Below, piece by piece: positions 48,290 to 57,347 of a DNA stretch of 64,000 nucleotides. The notes under the pieces are model-generated. The model made no database searches. It was given only the letters and a program-made list of their open reading frames with translations, and was not told the DNA's origin. Each line of letters begins with the position of its first letter. Position 1 is the first letter of the stretch. Origin of the DNA: Candidatus Bathyarchaeia archaeon (GTDB lineage Archaea > Thermoproteota > Bathyarchaeia > Bathyarchaeales > Bathycorpusculaceae); NCBI GenBank assembly GCA_038882975.1, contig JAVZNE010000002.1, forward strand, positions 160,001-224,000, in the 5' to 3' direction. The position numbers and the translations under genes were made by a program.

Positions 48290-49527
48290 TGTTCGACCCA
48301 TACAAGATTAGGGAAGACTTCCCAATCTTAAAACGCAAAATAAACAATCATCCGCTAATCTATTTTGACAATGCAGCCACATCTCAGAAACCAAAACAAG
48401 TGATAGAAGCCATAAAAGAGTATTATGAGTTGCATAATGCCAACGTCCACAGAGCAGTGCACACGCTTTCGCTGGAGGCAACAGAGCTCTATGAAAGCGC
48501 CCACGAAGAAACAGCCAAATTCATAGGAGCAGAAGGCGCTGAGGAAATAATCTTTACAAGAGGAACAACAGAAGCCATAAACACCGTCGCCTACTCTTTG
48601 GGACTGCGAAACCTCAAACAAGGCGACGAAGTTTTAGTCACACTCATGGAACATCACAGCAACATTGTGCCGTGGGAAATCCTCTCAAAAATGAGGGGCT
48701 TCAAAGTGCGCTACATAGACGTCAACGAAGATGGGACTCTAAACAAGCAAGCCCTTGAAGAAGCCCTTTCTCCAAAAGTGAAAATGGTCTGCATGGCACA
48801 CGTCTCAAATGTTACTGGTGTAATAAATGATGTGCGGTATGCTGCAAAACTCGCCCACGAAAACAACGTCCTCATCCTAGTCGACGGGGCCCAATCAGTA
48901 CCCCACATACCAATAAACGTGAAAGAATTGGACTGCGACTTCCTAGCCTTTTCTGGACACAAAATGCTTGGACCAACAGGCATAGGCGTCCTATACGGCA
49001 AGCGAGAACTCTTAGAAGAAATGGAGCCCTTTCACGGAGGAGGCGAAATGATAAGGGAAGTCTCCTACAACCCAAAAACCAAAAGCTGCAAAATAACGTG
49101 GAACGAACTTCCATGGAAGTTCGAGGCTGGAACACCAAACATATGCGGAGGAGTAGGCCTAATGGCAGCCATAAAATACCTAAAAAACCTTGGAATGGAA
49201 AACGTTCAAGCCCACGAATGCGCCCTAACCGAATACGCCATAAAACGCCTACAGGAATGCCAAAAAGTCAAAATTTACGGTCCAAAGGACGTGAAAGTTA
49301 AATGTGGCATAGTTCCCTTCAACCTTGAAGGCTTCGACTCCCACGACTTGGCTCTGCTTCTAGATTCTTATGGCATAATGATAAGGAGCGGCTTCCACTG
49401 CGCCCAACCCCTCCACCAAAGGTTCGGGCTAAAATCATCAGCAAGGGCAAGCTTCTACATATACAACACCCGAGAAGAAATCGATAGGCTGGTGGAAGTC
49501 CTAAAGGAGATTGAACAGTCCCTATGA
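48289..49527 (+). CDS. sufS: Group II cysteine desulfurase SufS
   Basis: YFDNAATSQKP, MEHHSN, SGHKMLGPTG, EAGTP, RSGFHCAQP; ATG overlaps the iscU stop. Confidence 0.93.
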   Translation: MFDPYKIREDFPILKRKINNHPLIYFDNAATSQKPKQVIEAIKEYYELHNANVHRAVHTLSLEATELYESAHEETAKFIGAEGAEEIIFTRGTTEAINTVAYSLGLRNLKQGDEVLVTLMEHHSNIVPWEILSKMRGFKVRYIDVNEDGTLNKQALEEALSPKVKMVCMAHVSNVTGVINDVRYAAKLAHENNVLILVDGAQSVPHIPINVKELDCDFLAFSGHKMLGPTGIGVLYGKRELLEEMEPFHGGGEMIREVSYNPKTKSCKITWNELPWKFEAGTPNICGGVGLMAAIKYLKNLGMENVQAHECALTEYAIKRLQECQKVKIYGPKDVKVKCGIVPFNLEGFDSHDLALLLDSYGIMIRSGFHCAQPLHQRFGLKSSARASFYIYNTREEIDRLVEVLKEIEQSL

Positions 49528-49796
49528 GCATCGTCTTGGACGATTACATAGCAAGAATAGAAGAGGCATGTGGAGAAGAAAAAGACTACATAGTCCACTT
49601 CAAGTACGACAAAAAAGAAGAGGCAATAACAAAAATACTGAAAAAAGCCACAATGCAAAAAACCACAGCAAAAATAATCTTCGACCTAACGTATGGAGAA
49701 ACAGCCATACGCCTATACGCAACAGGAAAAGCTGTCTTCAAAAAAGTGAAAGACAAAAACCAGCTGAACCAAATTCTAACAGAACTGCTTTCTTAA
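49524..49796 (+). CDS. Small hypothetical protein
   Basis: ATGA overlap with sufS; IEEACG and IRLYATGKAVF. Confidence 0.65.
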   Translation: MSIVLDDYIARIEEACGEEKDYIVHFKYDKKEEAITKILKKATMQKTTAKIIFDLTYGETAIRLYATGKAVFKKVKDKNQLNQILTELLS

Positions 49797-49833
49797 ATCT
49801 TTAATTTTCTATTAAGCGCCAGCAAAGTTTATA

Positions 49834-49863
49834 AGTAATACTTTTTAATTAAAAAGTAATACT
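49834..49863. promoter_or_regulatory. NikR-like operator palindrome next to the TATA box
   Basis: AGTAATACT-TTTTAATTAAAA-AGTAATACT, a near-perfect 30-bp dyad directly after TTTATAA and upstream of nikM/cbiM. Confidence 0.75.
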
Positions 49864-49875
49864 GAGGTTTGATTA

Positions 49876-50538
49876 ATGCATATACCGGACGGCTACATAA
49901 GCCCAGAAATCGCCGCCATAATGGCTGCAATATCCATCATATTCCTCGTTTTGTCGTGGAGAAAGGCGAAAGCCACATACCCAAAATCATTAGCCCCCTT
50001 GCTAGCGGTTTCAAGCGCTTTTATCTTCGCAGCCCAAATGATTAACTTCCCAATAACGTATGGAACAAGCGGACACTTGGTGGGCGGAACATTCCTCTCA
50101 ATAGTTTTAGGCCCTTACGCGGCAATTTTAAGCATGACGATAGTTCTGCTTATGCAGGCGCTTTTCTTTGCAGATGGCGGAATAATAGCCCTAGGAGCAA
50201 ACATTTTTAACATGGCGGTTATTGGCGGTCTTAGCTTCTACATAGTTAAACTCATAGCTGGAAACTTAACAAAAGGCAAACGCTTTTTTATAGGCGTGTT
50301 CACAGCCTCATGGCTATCAGTGGTTTTAGGAGCCTTGACATGCGGCTTACAAATTGGATTTTCACCAGCCTTCACAGAGGCGGGTGGAATAACCGTAACA
50401 GTCCCAGCCATGCTCTTTTGGCATGTGCTAATAGGCATTGGTGAAGCGGCAATAACAACAACGGCCATAACACAACTGTACCGAGTGCGACCAGCAGTGC
50501 TGAATGGTTTAGCTTTCCTAAAGAGGGAAGCCATTTGA
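49876..50538 (+). CDS. cbiM: Ni/Co ECF transporter substrate component CbiM/NikM
   Basis: MHIPDG N-terminus, GTSGHLVGG, QALFFADGG. Confidence 0.93.
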   Translation: MHIPDGYISPEIAAIMAAISIIFLVLSWRKAKATYPKSLAPLLAVSSAFIFAAQMINFPITYGTSGHLVGGTFLSIVLGPYAAILSMTIVLLMQALFFADGGIIALGANIFNMAVIGGLSFYIVKLIAGNLTKGKRFFIGVFTASWLSVVLGALTCGLQIGFSPAFTEAGGITVTVPAMLFWHVLIGIGEAAITTTAITQLYRVRPAVLNGLAFLKREAI

Positions 50539-50822
50539 AGGGCTACGTTAAAGCACTAATCCTAATAGCTGTTGGGCTTGCAATCCTAATACCCTTCGCC
50601 TCATCCTACCCAGACGGCTTAGAAACAGTAGCCGAAACCCTCAACGTAAAAGAGGCGGAACCATTCTGGGGCGGATTGATGCCAGATTACACCCTCCCGG
50701 CAATTGAAAACCCATACTTATCAACACTGGCAGCGGGCTTCTTTGGCATAATCATAGTTTCAGCAGCGGCATATGCCCTAGGCAATTTAATATCAAAGCA
50801 AGAAGAAAATAAAATAGGATAG
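50535..50822 (+). CDS. PDGLE-domain protein (NikN-like)
   Basis: ASSYPDGLE, MPDY, two TM helices. Confidence 0.88.
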   Translation: MKGYVKALILIAVGLAILIPFASSYPDGLETVAETLNVKEAEPFWGGLMPDYTLPAIENPYLSTLAAGFFGIIIVSAAAYALGNLISKQEENKIG

Positions 50823-50831
50823 GCTGTTTGG

Positions 50832-51512
50832 CTATTCTCTGCTTGCAAGTATAACTATATAGTCTGCCGTGTCAGCACACATGTCGGCAGCATGCTCGAT
50901 AAACTCTACAAGATCATCAAAGATAACCATTGAGCCACTATCCACCTGCCCCCCATACTTAATGAACAAGGCTTTAGTTTTAAGATATTCATCGTCAATT
51001 TTCCTTTCAATCTCCTCAACCTTTTTCGCACCACTTATAGCCGCAGAAGAATCCACGGCAATTTTTTCAATGCTTCCCCTTAAGGCGTGGGCACAATCCA
51101 CCAGAAACGACGTTGTATGGGCTGTGTTCTCCCATAGCTCCTTTGGAATCTTAGCGCCTTCAAGCATTTTTATGCATCTTGCCGCGTCCTTCACATGGTC
51201 AGCCAGCGTATCAAGCCTTTTCACAAGGTGCATTAGGTCTTCACGGTAATCTGCAAAAAGAGCCACGCCCCTTGAAAGCTCCTTGAAAACCTCTGTTCGC
51301 AGTCTGTCAACTTCCTTCTCAACCTTGAAAATGTTTTCTATGTGCTGCATGGCTTCCTTTCTATTGCCTTCAGCCATCTTTTGCATGGCATAATGAAGAA
51401 GCGTCACCGTGTCCAAAGCCTTTGTAATCTGCTCCTGCGCCAAATCAAGAGCCTTTGTTCTTCTGCGCCTCTCAAACCATGCATAGCTCTTCTTCTCCAA
51501 GCCCGGACTCAT
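50832..51512 (-). CDS. DUF47 / PhoU-like phosphate transport regulator
   Basis: EKEVD, REDL..LV..LD.LAD, E.KIDD, ADMCADTAD. Confidence 0.85.
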   Translation of the reverse strand: MSPGLEKKSYAWFERRRRTKALDLAQEQITKALDTVTLLHYAMQKMAEGNRKEAMQHIENIFKVEKEVDRLRTEVFKELSRGVALFADYREDLMHLVKRLDTLADHVKDAARCIKMLEGAKIPKELWENTAHTTSFLVDCAHALRGSIEKIAVDSSAAISGAKKVEEIERKIDDEYLKTKALFIKYGGQVDSGSMVIFDDLVEFIEHAADMCADTADYIVILASRE

Positions 51513-51565
51513 CTCCTAACAATAAGCTATCATGAAATGCTTAATAACACTTTGCAAAACAGTGG

Positions 51566-52021
51566 CTATTCCTTTTCAGTTTCCGCAACCCAATAAGCCT
51601 TCTCTTCGCCTTCTTTAGTGGTTACGTACTCCTTCTTGAAAATTGGAGCTTCCCTCTTGTACCTTTCAACGGCTTCCCTCAAAACTGGAAAAACATCTTT
51701 CCTATGGGAGCCAGCGACTAAAACGTAGACGAGGTCTTCGCCGACGGCAAACTCGCCAAGAAAATGGTGTATTTGGGCGTCCACTATGCCCCTTCTTCCC
51801 TTTAATTCTTGGCATATGCTTGACAATACTTCATCGGCTTTTTCCTCATAAGCCTCCACCTCCAACTTTTGAACCTTCTCACCTTTTGATGTTTCCCCAC
51901 GAACAACACCTATGAAAATCGCTATTGCTCCAGCTTTCTGAAATTCGGCGCAGCCCTTCAATTCCCTAATCAAGTCTTCTAGATTGAGGTCTCCTTTCCT
52001 ATGTGTAAATTTGTGGGACAT
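51566..52021 (-). CDS. moaE: Molybdopterin synthase catalytic subunit MoaE
   Basis: GAIAIFIGVVR, HRKDVF, KREAPIFKKE, YWV. Confidence 0.92.
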   Translation of the reverse strand: MSHKFTHRKGDLNLEDLIRELKGCAEFQKAGAIAIFIGVVRGETSKGEKVQKLEVEAYEEKADEVLSSICQELKGRRGIVDAQIHHFLGEFAVGEDLVYVLVAGSHRKDVFPVLREAVERYKREAPIFKKEYVTTKEGEEKAYWVAETEKE

Positions 52022-52052
52022 AATCCTCCCACATTCAAATGAAGTTTTTGGA

Positions 52053-53078
52053 TTAAATGTACTTTCTCATATCTTCGGTTGCAGCTGACGGTGCTGGCAG
52101 GTCCTTCATGGTGAGTAAACCAGCTGGAGCCTTCAACACCTTTGGAATAGAGTTTATGATTATTGCCACTGTACCCGCGTCTCCATGAACACATGGCTGA
52201 ATCTTCTGTTTAATCGTTGGAACACCCGTAATTGTTATGGCGTCATACTCCTCCTTTGCCCCGATATAGGCTTGAAAGTCTAGAACTATGACTTCTTTGC
52301 CCCCCATGATGCCTTTTGCCGTCTGCCTCAAACCAGCAACCTTTCCAGCCTCAACCCTTATGAATTCGCTTTTCACTGGTTCTTTGGCTATTACTGGTTC
52401 GACGGGCTCAGCCCTTATTTCATCAAGTTGCCATGCCAATGCATCCGCAATCATCGCAATAGACTGCCCAAGCCCAACATGCCCAGTTATTTCCCTCTTC
52501 TCAATTTTCCGCTTAAAATTCTCTACCGTTAAGCCTGCGCCTATCTTCTTCTGGAAGGGCAAACGTCTTGTTGCGGCGTTCATGATTCTGGCAGCTTCGA
52601 TTCTCTCTATATTTTGGCATGTCGCCGTCAATGTTATTACGAGAGTGTCCATCAAGAAACCGGGGTTTATTCCTGTTCCCAACACTGTTACATCGTGTTT
52701 TTTGGCTAGTTTGTCCAGTTCCTTTGCGATTTTTGGCTCTGAATAGTATGGATATGAGAGCTCCTCGCATGTTGATACAACATTGACACCATGTTTGATT
52801 ATGGAGGCTATTTGAGGATAAGTGTCCTTAAGATAGGATGACGTGGCGTGGATGGCTATATTCGGCTTTGTTTTTGAAAGCACAGCGTCAACATCGCTTG
52901 AAACTATTATACCCAGTTTTTTGTTTAAGCCTAAAACTTCGCCTAAATCCTTGCCTACCTTATCCTTTGCAACATCAATTGCGCCGACAATTTTTACCCC
53001 TTTCTTTTCGAGGAGAGACTTGGCTATTAAACTTCCAACGGCGCCTACTCCATACAAGACAACTTTAACCTCTTCCAT
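52053..53078 (-). CDS. 2,4-diaminopentanoate dehydrogenase (Ord)/DapB-like NAD(P) oxidoreductase
   Basis: YGVGAVG, VVSTCEEL, GTGINPGFLMD, KKIGAG, GHVGL, HGDAGT. Confidence 0.82.
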   Translation of the reverse strand: MEEVKVVLYGVGAVGSLIAKSLLEKKGVKIVGAIDVAKDKVGKDLGEVLGLNKKLGIIVSSDVDAVLSKTKPNIAIHATSSYLKDTYPQIASIIKHGVNVVSTCEELSYPYYSEPKIAKELDKLAKKHDVTVLGTGINPGFLMDTLVITLTATCQNIERIEAARIMNAATRRLPFQKKIGAGLTVENFKRKIEKREITGHVGLGQSIAMIADALAWQLDEIRAEPVEPVIAKEPVKSEFIRVEAGKVAGLRQTAKGIMGGKEVIVLDFQAYIGAKEEYDAITITGVPTIKQKIQPCVHGDAGTVAIIINSIPKVLKAPAGLLTMKDLPAPSAATEDMRKYI

Positions 53079-53151
53079 GGACAATCCCCCACGGTTTATG
53101 GTTTATTTTGATGGCGTGGTCTATAAAAGAGGTTTGCTCATAATTTAAAAC

Positions 53152-53167
53152 CTTTACATTTGTAAAG
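53152..53167. promoter_or_regulatory. Palindrome CTTTACA-TT-TGTAAAG in the divergent ord/hdr promoter
   Basis: 7-2-7 inverted repeat abutting TTTATAT (53168). Confidence 0.45.
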
Positions 53168-53211
53168 TTTATATTTATGAGCCTTCCCCAATAATAGGAA
53201 GGCGGACTAAA

Positions 53212-54654
53212 ATGAGCCCCGGAAAAACCGTGACCTACAGAGAAGTTTTAGCTGAGTATCCGGATGCTGAGAAAATTAAATTCTGTTTTGAATGCGGCAT
53301 ATGCACAGCAAGCTGTCCCATGGCAGAACTTCTAAAAGGGGAGTACAACCCGAGAAATATCCTTGAAAAGATTTTTTTAAACATCGAAGAAGCTTTTGTT
53401 TCAGATGAGATTTGGCTCTGCGCTTGGTGTTATCGCTGCTATAGGCACTGTCCTCAAGCATTAAAACCGCCAGAAATATTCCTCTACACTCGAAAGTTCG
53501 CAGTTAAAGCTGAATATAGACGAGCATTCGAAAATGTCATCCATAAGATTGTTAAATTATCCCCTCTTCCCTTGGTTACGATTTGTGCCTGTTTTCATCC
53601 AGGGCGCGCAGGCTTAGACTTAAGCAAGGTCATAAAAGAAGCTGAAAAACTGAGGAAGGAATTTTTAGAAGAGAAAAAAGGGAAAATTAAGGCGGAACCA
53701 GCAAAAAAGAAAGTTGCGGTTATTGGTTCTGGACCTGCGGGGCTCACAGTTGCTCATGATTTAACCTTGAAAAACTATGAAGTTACGGTTTTTGAGGCTA
53801 TGAAAGAGCCTGGTGGCATGTTGAGGAAGTGTTTGCCAGCCTTTCGTCTTCCAAGGGAACTTTTAGACATGGACATACAAGCGTTGAAGGACCTTGGCGT
53901 GGAAATAAAGACTGGTGTGGCGGTCGGTAAAGATGTTGATTTTAGCAGTTTATGGGATCTAGGCTATGATGCCATTTTCGTTGGCGTTGGTGCTAATAAA
54001 GGACAGCACTTAAAAATTGAGGGCGCTGATTTAGAAGGGGTAGTGCATGCTCTAGACTTTCTCTGGATGTTTAACTCTGGAATAGCGCCGAATGTTAGGG
54101 GTAAACGTGTTGCCATAATTGGCGGTGGAAATGTTGCAGTTGACTCCGCAAGAACAGCCCTTAAACATGGAGCTAGGGAGGCGACTATTTTTTACCGAAG
54201 GTCTAGAGAGGAGATGCCCGCAAACCCGTGGGAAGTTAAAGAGGCAGAAAATGAGGGCGCAAAAATTGAGTTTTTAGTCTCTCCGAAGAGAATCTTGGGT
54301 GGCGATAAAAGAGTTTCCGCTGTTGAGTTTGTTCGGATGAGGCTAGGCGAGTTAGACGAGACCGGAAGAAGAAAACCGATCCCCATTGAAGGTTCTGAAT
54401 TTGTTAAAGAGGCGGACATGGTGGTTTTGGCGATAGGCGAAGTCCCAGACCTCTATTTTCTGCCTAAGGAAATTGAATTGAATGAGGACGGAACAATTTG
54501 GGTTAACCCGTTAACTATGGAGACAACCCTTGAAGGTGTTTTTGCCGGAGGGGACTCTGTGACCGGTCCAGCCTCAATTATTGAGGCTATATGCGCCGGA
54601 AGGATTGCCGCCTTTTCAATTGATAGTTATCTAAAGTCTTTGGGTCTAAGGTGA
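53212..54654 (+). CDS. HdrC-like 2x[4Fe-4S] domain fused to GltD/NfnB-like FAD/NADPH oxidoreductase
   Basis: CFECGICTASCP, CAWCYRCYRHCP; IGSGPAG, GGGNVAVD, YRR, FAGGD. Confidence 0.85.
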   Translation: MSPGKTVTYREVLAEYPDAEKIKFCFECGICTASCPMAELLKGEYNPRNILEKIFLNIEEAFVSDEIWLCAWCYRCYRHCPQALKPPEIFLYTRKFAVKAEYRRAFENVIHKIVKLSPLPLVTICACFHPGRAGLDLSKVIKEAEKLRKEFLEEKKGKIKAEPAKKKVAVIGSGPAGLTVAHDLTLKNYEVTVFEAMKEPGGMLRKCLPAFRLPRELLDMDIQALKDLGVEIKTGVAVGKDVDFSSLWDLGYDAIFVGVGANKGQHLKIEGADLEGVVHALDFLWMFNSGIAPNVRGKRVAIIGGGNVAVDSARTALKHGAREATIFYRRSREEMPANPWEVKEAENEGAKIEFLVSPKRILGGDKRVSAVEFVRMRLGELDETGRRKPIPIEGSEFVKEADMVVLAIGEVPDLYFLPKEIELNEDGTIWVNPLTMETTLEGVFAGGDSVTGPASIIEAICAGRIAAFSIDSYLKSLGLR

Positions 54655-54661
54655 TTGGAAA

Positions 54662-57067
54662 ATGGCTGGAGAGGAAATACGTATAGGGGTTTATGTTTGT
54701 CACTGCGGTTTGAATATTGCGGGCTCTGTTGATTGTAAAGAGGTTGCAGAGTTCGCTTCCACGCTTCCAAACGTTGTTTTGGCGAGGGATTACCGCTATA
54801 CATGTTCAGACCAAGGACAGGAACTCATAAGGAATGATATCAGGGAGTATGGGCTTAATCGTGTGGTTGTTGCTTCATGCTCTCCCCGCCTCCACGAACC
54901 TACATTCCGAAAAGTGTGCGAGGAGGCCGGGTTAAACAAGTACCTTTTTGAGATGGCTAACATACGGGAACAGTGCAGCTGGGTCCATCTCCATGATAGA
55001 AAGGCGGCGACTGAAAAGGCTAAAGATCTTGTGAAAATGGCTGTGGCTAAGGCGGCCTTACTAAAGTCAGCCAAGGAAATTGAAGTGCCGATTATAAGAA
55101 AGGCACTTGTAATTGGCGGCGGCGTTGCAGGAATTCAAGCAGCATTGGACCTTGCTGACACTGGTTATAAAGTTTATTTGGTGGAGAGGGAGCCGAGCAT
55201 CGGCGGGATGATGGCGAGAATAGATAAAACTTTTCCAACAATGGACTGTTCAATATGCATTCTTGCCCCAAAAATGTCTGATGTGGGGCATCATCCAAAC
55301 ATTGAACTATTAACCAACAGTGAAGTTATCGATGTAAAGGGGTATATCGGCAACTTCCGAGTAAAAGTTTTAAAAAAGCCGCGTTATGTGAAGGAAGACT
55401 GCTCAGCGTGTGGTGAGTGCTCAAAAGTTTGCCCCATGACAGCGCCGAACGAGTTTGATGCTGGATTAGCCCTAAGACACGCCATTTACACGCCTTTTGC
55501 ACAAGCAGTTCCGTCAACCTACATAATTGACATGAACCTATGCCTAAACAAAGACGGCGTGATGGTATGCGACAAATGCATTAAAGCCTGCGAAAGGCAA
55601 GCCATAGACTTCACAATGAAACCTGAAACCGTAGAACTAGAAGTAGGAACGATAATAGTGGCGACGGGAGCAGACGTTTTCGACCCATCCGCGCTTCCTC
55701 AGTATGGTTATGGCAAATATTTGAATGTGATTACATCGCTTGAATTTGAAAGGCTAATTAATGCTGGCGGTCCGTCTGGAGGGCGGCTTATTAGGCCCAG
55801 CGACATGAAGGTTCCGAAGCGTGTGGCTTTCATACAGTGTGTTGGCTCTCGCTCCAATAGGACTGGACGAACCTACTGCAGCAATGTTTGCTGCATGAAC
55901 ACCATAAAAGACAGCCTCCTCATCAAAGAGCACTGGCCTGAAACTGAAATCTACGTCTTTTACGTTGACATTCGTGCATATGGAAAGGGGTTCGAAGACC
56001 TATACAAGAGGGCTAAAAAGGAAGGCGTAATATTCATCAGGGGGCTTCCAGCAGAAATAATTGAGGATAAGAAGACTCGAAACCTTTGGCTCATAGGCGA
56101 AAACACGCTCCTAAAAGAGCCTTACAAAATGAACTTTGACATGGTTATTCTATCCGTTGGTCTGGAGCCGCGGAAAGATAGTGAAGTAATACAGCGACTG
56201 TTGACCCTTTCAAGGACGCAAGACGGATTTTTCATGGAAGCCCATCCAAAACTCAGACCAGTGGACGCTGCAACTGGAGGCATATTCTTCGCCGGATGCG
56301 CTGAAGCTCCAAAGGATATAAAGGACAGCGTAACACAAGCCAGTGCGGCTGCAGCCAGAGCCGGCATACTAATGGCTAAGGGTAAAGTTATGGTTGAGGC
56401 CATTACGCCAATTTTAGATGTGGAAAAGTGCAAGGCTTGCGGGCTTTGCACAAAGGTTTGCCCCTACAACGCGATAACTCTTAACAAAGAGCTTAAACGC
56501 ATTGAAATTGTTGAGGCTGCTTGTGGAGGATGCGGAACATGTGCTGCAGAGTGCCCATCCGACGCATTAACCCAGAACCACTTCACTGATGAGCAGATAA
56601 TAGCTCAAATTGACGCCGTTACAGAATATGATGCCGACAAGAAAATTGTAGCTTTCTGCTGCAATTGGTGCGCTTATGCAGGTGCGGATTTCGCTGGAGT
56701 CAGTAGGATGCAGTATCCGCCAAATGTCCGAATAATTAGAACTATGTGCTCGGGAAGGGTTGCTCCAAAATTTGTCGAAAGAGCCTTCGCAAGAGGAGCT
56801 GCCGCAGTTCTGGTGGCTGGCTGCCATCCAGGAGACTGCCACTACATTAATGCTAACTATCATACTCAAAGACGTGTGGAACGCTTATGGAAGAAGATGG
56901 AACAGAACGGTCTACGCAAGGAGAGGCTTCAGCTTTTATGGGTTTCAGCAGCTGAAGGAGAAAGATTTGCCTCAAAAATTTATGAAATGCAAAAAATTGT
57001 GGAAAGTGTAACCTCAGAGGAAATAGAACATGCCAAAAAAGTTTTTTCAAAAGCTGGAGGAGCTTAA
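54662..57067 (+). CDS. hdrA: Heterodisulfide reductase subunit A fused to MvhD
   Basis: CHCG-NIA, ASCSPRLHE, GGGVAG, DKTFPTMDCSICIL, QCVGSR, CSNVCC; C-terminal CCNWCAY-GAD, CSGR, GCHPGDCHY (MvhD). Confidence 0.94.
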   Translation: MAGEEIRIGVYVCHCGLNIAGSVDCKEVAEFASTLPNVVLARDYRYTCSDQGQELIRNDIREYGLNRVVVASCSPRLHEPTFRKVCEEAGLNKYLFEMANIREQCSWVHLHDRKAATEKAKDLVKMAVAKAALLKSAKEIEVPIIRKALVIGGGVAGIQAALDLADTGYKVYLVEREPSIGGMMARIDKTFPTMDCSICILAPKMSDVGHHPNIELLTNSEVIDVKGYIGNFRVKVLKKPRYVKEDCSACGECSKVCPMTAPNEFDAGLALRHAIYTPFAQAVPSTYIIDMNLCLNKDGVMVCDKCIKACERQAIDFTMKPETVELEVGTIIVATGADVFDPSALPQYGYGKYLNVITSLEFERLINAGGPSGGRLIRPSDMKVPKRVAFIQCVGSRSNRTGRTYCSNVCCMNTIKDSLLIKEHWPETEIYVFYVDIRAYGKGFEDLYKRAKKEGVIFIRGLPAEIIEDKKTRNLWLIGENTLLKEPYKMNFDMVILSVGLEPRKDSEVIQRLLTLSRTQDGFFMEAHPKLRPVDAATGGIFFAGCAEAPKDIKDSVTQASAAAARAGILMAKGKVMVEAITPILDVEKCKACGLCTKVCPYNAITLNKELKRIEIVEAACGGCGTCAAECPSDALTQNHFTDEQIIAQIDAVTEYDADKKIVAFCCNWCAYAGADFAGVSRMQYPPNVRIIRTMCSGRVAPKFVERAFARGAAAVLVAGCHPGDCHYINANYHTQRRVERLWKKMEQNGLRKERLQLLWVSAAEGERFASKIYEMQKIVESVTSEEIEHAKKVFSKAGGA

Positions 57068-57068
57068 G

Positions 57069-57347
57069 ATGCCTGAAAGGCTTTGGAGAACCCCACTAGA
57101 CATTGAGAAGGTTTCAAGGCCGAAAGCTGAAATCCACATATTAAAAGACCAGTGCAAGGGTTGCGGCTTCTGCATCCAATACTGCCCCAAAAAAGTTTTA
57201 GAGGAATCTGACGAAATTAATGCCAGAGGGGTTCATCCTCCAAGAGTTGTTGATGAAAAAAGCTGCATATTATGTAGCTTTTGTACAGCCGTTTGCCCAG
57301 ACTTCGCAATTTTCGTTAAGGAAAAACAATGTAAGGATGGATGTTAA
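57069..57347 (+). CDS. korD: 2-oxoacid:ferredoxin oxidoreductase delta (ferredoxin) subunit
   Basis: CKGCGFCIQYCP, CILCSFCTAVCPDFAI. Confidence 0.88.
   Translation: MPERLWRTPLDIEKVSRPKAEIHILKDQCKGCGFCIQYCPKKVLEESDEINARGVHPPRVVDEKSCILCSFCTAVCPDFAIFVKEKQCKDGC

Noticed and set aside
53212-57067. Evidence for methanogenesis from hdrA/mvhD and fae
   Set aside because: No mcr, mtr or hdrB in the window, and these modules are widespread in non-methanogens
54662-57067. Selenocysteine recoding in HdrA/MvhD
   Set aside because: The ORF is continuous with Cys at the expected positions and has no in-frame TGA
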